Assembly: GCF_002945325.1 (NCBI RefSeq)
Contig: NZ_CP026606.1
Coordinates: 210,001 to 242,000 of the forward strand
Source of the DNA: Methanococcus maripaludis
GTDB taxonomy: Archaea; AGJL01; Methanococci; Methanococcales; Methanococcaceae
Reading direction: 5' to 3'
Length of the DNA: 32,000 nucleotides
Positions 26,119-32,000 of the stretch are shown here, one piece after another. The translations under genes and the position numbers were made by a program. Position 1 is the stretch's first letter. The number at the start of each line of letters is the position of its first letter. The notes beneath the pieces are model-generated. The model was not told the DNA's origin and searched no databases. It worked only from the letters and a program-made list of their open reading frames with translations.

Positions 26119-26235
26119 TTCAAAGTCGGATCAATTCTGTAATATATATCCCCAAATTATCCGATATTCGTACCGTTTTTATTTTATACATCGTCACGTA
26201 TATTTTTATAAAAATTTTAATCCAAATTATTCCAA

Positions 26236-29100
26236 ATGATAGTTATGAAAGATATCATCATAAAAGGCGCAAGAGAACATAATTTAAAAAATATCTCGCT
26301 AACACTTCCAAGAAATAATTTAATAGTTGTAACTGGAGTTTCCGGCTCTGGAAAGTCCACAATAGCATTTGATACGATATATGCCGAAGGTCAGAGAAGG
26401 TATGTTGAATCACTTTCAGCATATGCAAGACAGTTTTTAGGGCTTATGAATAAACCTGATGTTGATAGTATTGAAGGATTATCCCCTGCAATTGCAATAC
26501 AGCAGAAAACAACAAGTAAAAACCCAAGAAGTACCGTTGGAACGGTTACTGAAATTTATGACTACTTAAGACTGCTTTACGCAAGAATTGGAATTCCATA
26601 CTGTCCCGAACACAATATTAGAATAGAATCACAGAGTCCTGAAAAAATAGCTGAAAAAATCGAAGAAGAATTTTCTGAAACTGTGACGATATTGTCCCCC
26701 ATTGTGAGGCAGAAAAAGGGAACCTACCAAAAACTCTTTAAAGACTTAAATTCCGAAGGTTTCGCAAGAATTCGTGTAAATGGCGAAATTTACAGAACTG
26801 ATGACGAAATAACACTTGAAAGGTACAAAAAACATGATATTGAAATTGTTATCGATAGATTAACTCCAAAAGATGACCATTCAAGGCTTGTTGAAGCCTG
26901 TGAAAGAGCACTTGAACGTTCAGGCGGACTTTTAATTGTAACTGGCACTAAAAATAATGAAGAATTTGAAAAAATTTATTCTTCAAATTTAGCCTGCCCA
27001 ATATGTGGTATTTCGTTTGAAGAGCTTCAGCCAAGAATGTTTTCATTTAACAGCCCATTTGGTGCATGTGAATACTGTAGCGGACTTGGAATAAAAATGG
27101 AGTTTGATGCGGACTTGATAATTCCAGATAAAAACAAATGCATTGCTGACGGTGCAGTTGCACTTTATAGAAACTTCCTTGATGGATACAGGTCACAACA
27201 TCTGGCGGCAGTTGCAAATCATTTTGGATTTACGGTTTTAACACCGATAAAAGACCTTTCAAAAGAACAGTTAGACATTTTGATGTATGGAAGTCCTGAA
27301 AAAATTCATTTTAAAGTATCAAATGGCAGTGGAGATACCGAATGGAGCCAGAATAAACCATGGGAAGGGCTTATCCCGCAATCCATTAGACTCTACAATG
27401 AAACTAAATCAGAATACAGAAGAAAAGAACTTGAAAAGTTCATGAAAGTCAGTTTGTGTCCAAAATGTGGTGGAAAACGTTTAAAAGATAAAGCACTTGC
27501 CGTAAAAATAGAAGATAAGTCTATTATCGATTTAACGGATCTTTCAATTTCAAAAGCAGAAGAATTCTTTAATAATTTAAAATTAACGGATAAAGAGTAC
27601 GAAATTGCAAAACAAGTTATAAAAGAAATAAAATCGAGATTAAAATTCTTAAATGACGTTGGTTTGGGATATTTAACCCTTTCAAGGCGTTCTGGAACAC
27701 TTTCAGGTGGAGAAGCTCAGAGAATAAGACTTGCAACCCAGATTGGTTCAAACTTAACTGGTGTTTTATATGTACTCGATGAACCATCAATTGGCCTTCA
27801 CCAAAGAGACAACCAAAAATTAATTGAAACGCTCCATAAATTAAGAAATTTAGATAATACATTGGTTGTTGTTGAACATGACGAAGATACAATTTTAAAT
27901 GCAGATTATGTCGTAGATATGGGGCCAGGTGCAGGAGTTCATGGTGGAGATGTTGTTGCAGTTGGAACGCCAACAGAAATTTCAAAAAATAAGGATTCGT
28001 TAACTGGAAAATACCTATCTGGCGAATTAAAAATCGAAATACCAAAAAATAGAAGAAAAAGCGATAAATTTTTAAAACTTTCAAACTGCAGGCAGAACAA
28101 TTTAAAAAATGTGTCTGTTGAAATTCCAACAGGAGTATTTAACGTGATTACAGGAGTTTCGGGAAGTGGAAAATCCACTTTAATTTATGAAAACCTGTAT
28201 CCTGCATTGAAAGAAAAAATAAAATCTGAAGAGAGTGTTGAGGAACTTGATTTTGAGGATCAGCTCTACGAAAATACTAAAGAAAAATGCAATCTTGAAA
28301 TCAATTCAGAAATCGATAAAGTTGTCGTAATTGACCAGAGCCCGATTGGAAGAACCCCTCGATCAAACCCTGCAACTTACACGAAAGTATTTGATAAAAT
28401 CAGGCAGGTTTTTGCAGAAACCAAAGAAGCAAAAATAAAAGGGTATGGTCCAGGAAGGTTCTCTTTTAACGTGAAAGGAGGACGCTGTGAAAACTGTCAG
28501 GGCGATGGAGTTATAAAAATAGAAATGAACTTTTTGCCAGATGTTTTTGTGGAATGTGAAGAGTGTAAGGGTGCTAGATACAACCACGAAACTCTTGAAG
28601 TAAAATATAAAGGAAAATCAATTTCCGATGTTTTAAACATGAGTGTTGAGGAGGCAAGAGAACATTTTAAAAATATTCCGCAGATTTCAAATAAATTAAA
28701 AACTCTGTGCGATGTTGGGCTTGGATACATTAAATTAGGACAGAGTTCCACAACACTTTCAGGTGGAGAAGCTCAAAGAATTAAATTAACAAGGGAATTA
28801 TCCAAAAGAGCTACGGGAAACACCATATATTTACTCGATGAACCGACAACAGGACTTCACTTCCACGATGTTAAAAAATTAATCGATGTTTTAAACAGCC
28901 TCGTTGAAAAAGGAAACACTGTAGTTGTAATCGAACATAACCTCGATGTAATAAAATGTGCTGACCACATAATCGACCTTGGACCTGAAGGCGGGGAATT
29001 TGGCGGTAAAATCATTGCAACAGGGACTCCCGAAGAAATTGCAAAATGTAAATTAAGCCATACTGGAAAATTCTTAAAAAACATTCTTTCCAAAAATTAA
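26236..29100 (+). CDS. uvrA: Excinuclease ABC subunit A (start may be ATG 26245)
   Basis: IIKGAREHNLKNISLTLPRNNLIVVTGVSGSGKST, two ABC signature regions LSGGEAQR, zinc motifs CPICG.., CENCQGDG...CEECKG. Confidence 0.98.
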   Translation: MIVMKDIIIKGAREHNLKNISLTLPRNNLIVVTGVSGSGKSTIAFDTIYAEGQRRYVESLSAYARQFLGLMNKPDVDSIEGLSPAIAIQQKTTSKNPRSTVGTVTEIYDYLRLLYARIGIPYCPEHNIRIESQSPEKIAEKIEEEFSETVTILSPIVRQKKGTYQKLFKDLNSEGFARIRVNGEIYRTDDEITLERYKKHDIEIVIDRLTPKDDHSRLVEACERALERSGGLLIVTGTKNNEEFEKIYSSNLACPICGISFEELQPRMFSFNSPFGACEYCSGLGIKMEFDADLIIPDKNKCIADGAVALYRNFLDGYRSQHLAAVANHFGFTVLTPIKDLSKEQLDILMYGSPEKIHFKVSNGSGDTEWSQNKPWEGLIPQSIRLYNETKSEYRRKELEKFMKVSLCPKCGGKRLKDKALAVKIEDKSIIDLTDLSISKAEEFFNNLKLTDKEYEIAKQVIKEIKSRLKFLNDVGLGYLTLSRRSGTLSGGEAQRIRLATQIGSNLTGVLYVLDEPSIGLHQRDNQKLIETLHKLRNLDNTLVVVEHDEDTILNADYVVDMGPGAGVHGGDVVAVGTPTEISKNKDSLTGKYLSGELKIEIPKNRRKSDKFLKLSNCRQNNLKNVSVEIPTGVFNVITGVSGSGKSTLIYENLYPALKEKIKSEESVEELDFEDQLYENTKEKCNLEINSEIDKVVVIDQSPIGRTPRSNPATYTKVFDKIRQVFAETKEAKIKGYGPGRFSFNVKGGRCENCQGDGVIKIEMNFLPDVFVECEECKGARYNHETLEVKYKGKSISDVLNMSVEEAREHFKNIPQISNKLKTLCDVGLGYIKLGQSSTTLSGGEAQRIKLTRELSKRATGNTIYLLDEPTTGLHFHDVKKLIDVLNSLVEKGNTVVVIEHNLDVIKCADHIIDLGPEGGEFGGKIIATGTPEEIAKCKLSHTGKFLKNILSKN

Positions 29101-29107
29101 AGATAAT

Positions 29108-30691
29108 ATGATAAATATTTCAGATATTCCGAAAAATCCGGGCTGCTATATTTATAAAAACGAATCCGGAACTGTAATTTATGTTGGGAAAGCAAAAAAC
29201 TTGAAAAAAAGAGTTAGTAGCTACTTTAACAAAAAAAATCACGATCCTAAAACCGAAAAACTTGTAAAATCAATTTACGAGATGGAATTCATAGTAACAG
29301 ATAATGAAGTCGAAGCTTTGATTTTAGAAAATACTTTAATCAAAAAATACAGTCCTAAATACAATATAGACTTAAAAGACTCTAAAAATTATGCATATAT
29401 CTACATTAGCGAAGAAAATTTCCCAAGAATTGGAATATCGAGAAATAAATCAAAAAAAGGAAAATTTTATGGACCATTTACTTCTGCAAAGGAAAGAGAT
29501 TATGTTTTGGATGTTTTAAAAAAGACTTTCAAAATAAGATCTTGTAAAAATATGCACAAACGTCCCTGTTTAAGGCACCATATAAAAAACTGCACCGCGC
29601 CATGTAGTGGTGACATAACCTCCAAAGATTATTTGAATCAGATAAAAAAGGCAGAACATGTTTTAAAAGGACATATCGATTCATTAATTGATGAACTCAA
29701 AATTGAAATGGATAATAAATCAAAAAATCTGCAGTTTGAAGAAGCTTTATTGATTAGGGAAGAAATAAATGCAATTGAAAGACTTAAGACTCGTCAAAAC
29801 GTTAAAAGAGATGTAAAATATAATGAAGATGTAATCAGCGTCCTTGAAAAAAGCGGAAAACTCCATATAATGGTTTTTAATGTATTGAAAGGAACGCTTT
29901 TTGATAGAAAATACTTTGAATTTGATTACACAGAAAATTTCTTTGAAGAGTTTTTAATCCAGTATTATTCAGAAAATGAAGTTCCTTCAGAAATTATACT
30001 TTCAGAGCTGCCTAAAAATCTTGAAGAAGATAATAATGAATACAATTCTGATGCAATTTTAGAGTATCTGTCAAAAAAGAAAGGTTCAAAAGTTGCTTTT
30101 AAAATCCCTAAACAAGGAGAGAAAAAACAACTTTTAGACCTTGCTATAAAAAATCTTGAAATTTATGTTAATGGAAATGAAATAAAAGTTCAAAGTTTAA
30201 AAAACAAATTAATGCTTGATAAAAGTCCAAATGTAATAGAATGCTTTGATATATCGCATCTTTCAGGAACATTTACTGTTGGATCAATGGTCCAGTTTAG
30301 AAATGGAAAACCTGACAAAAAAAATTACCGCAGATTTAAAATAAAAACAGTTTCTGGAATAGATGACTTCAAATCCATTTCTGAGGTAGTATTTAGAAGA
30401 TACAGTAAATTAATCGAAGAAAATTTGGAATTGCCTGATTTAATAATTATTGATGGTGGAAAGGGCCAGCTTTCGTCAGCATTTTCTGAACTTCGAAAAT
30501 TAAAACTTAAAATTCCGCTAATTTCGATCGCAAAACGTGAAGAAGAAATTTACACTCCCGGAATTGAAAATCCCCTTCCAATAAAGAAAAATGAAAAAGC
30601 ATCCCTATTTATTCAGGAAATTCGTGATGAAGCACACAGATTCGCAATAAATTACAATCGATTACTTAAAAAAAAGGAATTGATAAAATGA
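29108..30691 (+). CDS. uvrC: Excinuclease ABC subunit C
   Basis: GIY-YIG start PGCYIYKNESGTVIYVGKAKNLKKRVSSYF; KMHKRPCLRHHIKNCTAPC; ECFDISHLSGTFTVGSMVQF; LIIIDGGKGQL. Confidence 0.97.
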   Translation: MINISDIPKNPGCYIYKNESGTVIYVGKAKNLKKRVSSYFNKKNHDPKTEKLVKSIYEMEFIVTDNEVEALILENTLIKKYSPKYNIDLKDSKNYAYIYISEENFPRIGISRNKSKKGKFYGPFTSAKERDYVLDVLKKTFKIRSCKNMHKRPCLRHHIKNCTAPCSGDITSKDYLNQIKKAEHVLKGHIDSLIDELKIEMDNKSKNLQFEEALLIREEINAIERLKTRQNVKRDVKYNEDVISVLEKSGKLHIMVFNVLKGTLFDRKYFEFDYTENFFEEFLIQYYSENEVPSEIILSELPKNLEEDNNEYNSDAILEYLSKKKGSKVAFKIPKQGEKKQLLDLAIKNLEIYVNGNEIKVQSLKNKLMLDKSPNVIECFDISHLSGTFTVGSMVQFRNGKPDKKNYRRFKIKTVSGIDDFKSISEVVFRRYSKLIEENLELPDLIIIDGGKGQLSSAFSELRKLKLKIPLISIAKREEEIYTPGIENPLPIKKNEKASLFIQEIRDEAHRFAINYNRLLKKKELIK

Positions 30692-32000
30692 GTTCTCCCG
30701 ATTTCAAGTTAAAAGCAGATTTTAAACCAAAAGGATCCCAGCCAGAAGCAATTGCAGGGCTGGTTAAAGACCTTGAAAAAAATCCAGAAAAAAGTAAGCA
30801 GACACTGCTTGGTGTTACAGGTTCTGGAAAAACTTTTACTATTGCAAATGTTATTGAAAAAGTTCAAAAACCAACACTGGTAATTGCGCACAATAAAACA
30901 CTTGCGGCACAACTTTATAATGAGTTTAAAGAATTCTTTCCTGAAAATCGAGTAGAATATTTTGTTTCGTACTATGATTACTATCAGCCAGAATCATATA
31001 TTCCACAAAAAGATCAATATATTGAAAAGGATGCACAGATCAACCCGAAAATTGAGCAGATGCGTCTTCGTGCAACTTCTGCAATTCTTTCGAGAAGGGA
31101 CGTGATAATTGTTGCATCGGTTTCCTGCATATATGGTCTTGGAAATCCTGAACTTTTTAAAGAAATGGGTTTTGAACTTAAAGTTGGAGAAAAAATCAAA
31201 AGATCCGACATTATTGAAAAATTAGTAGATATTCAATACGAAAGAAACGATATGGAATTAGTTCCAGGAAGATTCAGGGTAAAAGGCGATACTTTAGATA
31301 TTATTCCCGGATATCAAGATGATATTTTAAGAGTTGAAATGTTTGGGGATGAAATTGACAGAATTTATGAATTGGATCTAAAAAACATGTCTAAAAAACA
31401 TGAAATAGATTCATTTTACATGTATCCTGCAAAACACTTCGTAATTCCCGAAGAAGATAAGAAAAATGCGATTAAATCTATTTTAAAAGAACTCGATGAA
31501 TGGCTTGTAAATTTAGACATGCTAAAATCCCACAGGTTAAAGCAGAAAACCCTGTATGATATAGAAATGATTGAAGAAACTGGAAGCTGTAAGGGAATTG
31601 AAAATTATTCGAGGCATTTTGAAAATAGGAAAGAAGGAGAACCTGCATACTGCCTTTTAGACTATTTCCCTGAAGATTTTTTGATTGTAATTGATGAAAG
31701 CCACCAGACAATCCCGCAAATTCGCGGAATGTATAAAGGAGACCGTTCAAGAAAACAGTCATTGATTGATTACGGTTTCAGACTTCCAAGTGCATATGAC
31801 AACCGCCCACTTAAATTTGAAGAATTTAAAAAATACATGAATAATGTAATTTTTGTGTCAGCTACCCCTGGAGAATACGAATTAGATAATTCAAATCAGG
31901 TTGTAGAACAGATTATTAGACCAACAGGATTGCTTGATCCAGAAGTTGAAATAAGGCCGATTGAAAATCAGGTTGAAGATATCATAAAAGAAACTGAAAA
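30688..32000 (+). CDS. uvrB: Excinuclease ABC subunit B, partial (runs off right edge)
   Basis: ATG overlaps the uvrC stop (ATGA); FKPKGSQPEAIAGLVKDLEKN..., LGVTGSGKTFTIANVIEK, YYDYYQPESYIPQKDQYIEKDAQINPKIEQMRL. Confidence 0.96.
   Translation, partial: MSSPDFKLKADFKPKGSQPEAIAGLVKDLEKNPEKSKQTLLGVTGSGKTFTIANVIEKVQKPTLVIAHNKTLAAQLYNEFKEFFPENRVEYFVSYYDYYQPESYIPQKDQYIEKDAQINPKIEQMRLRATSAILSRRDVIIVASVSCIYGLGNPELFKEMGFELKVGEKIKRSDIIEKLVDIQYERNDMELVPGRFRVKGDTLDIIPGYQDDILRVEMFGDEIDRIYELDLKNMSKKHEIDSFYMYPAKHFVIPEEDKKNAIKSILKELDEWLVNLDMLKSHRLKQKTLYDIEMIEETGSCKGIENYSRHFENRKEGEPAYCLLDYFPEDFLIVIDESHQTIPQIRGMYKGDRSRKQSLIDYGFRLPSAYDNRPLKFEEFKKYMNNVIFVSATPGEYELDNSNQVVEQIIRPTGLLDPEVEIRPIENQVEDIIKETE

Noticed and set aside
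27617-29093. Antisense ORFs within uvrA (27617..28129, 27939..28178, 28363..28587, 28497..28751, 28857..29093) and similar ones in uvrB/xseA/MATE genes
   Set aside because: Shadow ORFs opposite strongly conserved coding sequence.
1-32000. Tailed-virus or double-jelly-roll virus interpretation of the element
   Set aside because: No terminase, portal, tail or beta-rich major capsid-sized protein was recognised by reading the ORFs; the membrane-protein-rich layout argues against it, although profile searches were not possible.

Overview
The window (GC-poor, gene content and tRNA/promoter style of a Methanococcus-like methanogen; taxonomy is inferred) has two parts. (1) About 563-18554: an integrated element of ~17.93 kb inserted in a tRNA-Ser(UGA) gene. 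It is bracketed by 62-bp imperfect direct repeats (563-624 and 18493-18554). It encodes a four-repeat AbrB-like regulator, a tyrosine integrase, three small excisionase/MerR-like wHTH proteins, a primase-helicase, an iteron-rich putative replication origin, and a run of small membrane proteins. One of these is a ~100-aa two-TM protein resembling spindle-shaped-virus capsid proteins. The element also carries a 1232-aa basic/low-complexity protein and a Zot/FtsK-like P-loop ATPase with a C-terminal HTH. At the tRNA-proximal end sits an apparently separate three-gene cargo cassette (unknown 326-aa protein, PIN-like nuclease, multi-TM protein) with different ribosome-binding signals. This looks like a provirus of a small membrane-protein-based (possibly spindle-shaped) archaeal virus carrying a candidate defence or toxin module. 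(2) About 18588-32000: ordinary chromosome: EF-Tu-like protein, NadX-like dehydrogenase, PRC-barrel protein, D12-class adenine methylase, MATE transporter, xseA/xseB, an EamA-like transporter, uvrA, uvrC and partial uvrB. All homology statements come from reading motifs by eye; no database search was run.
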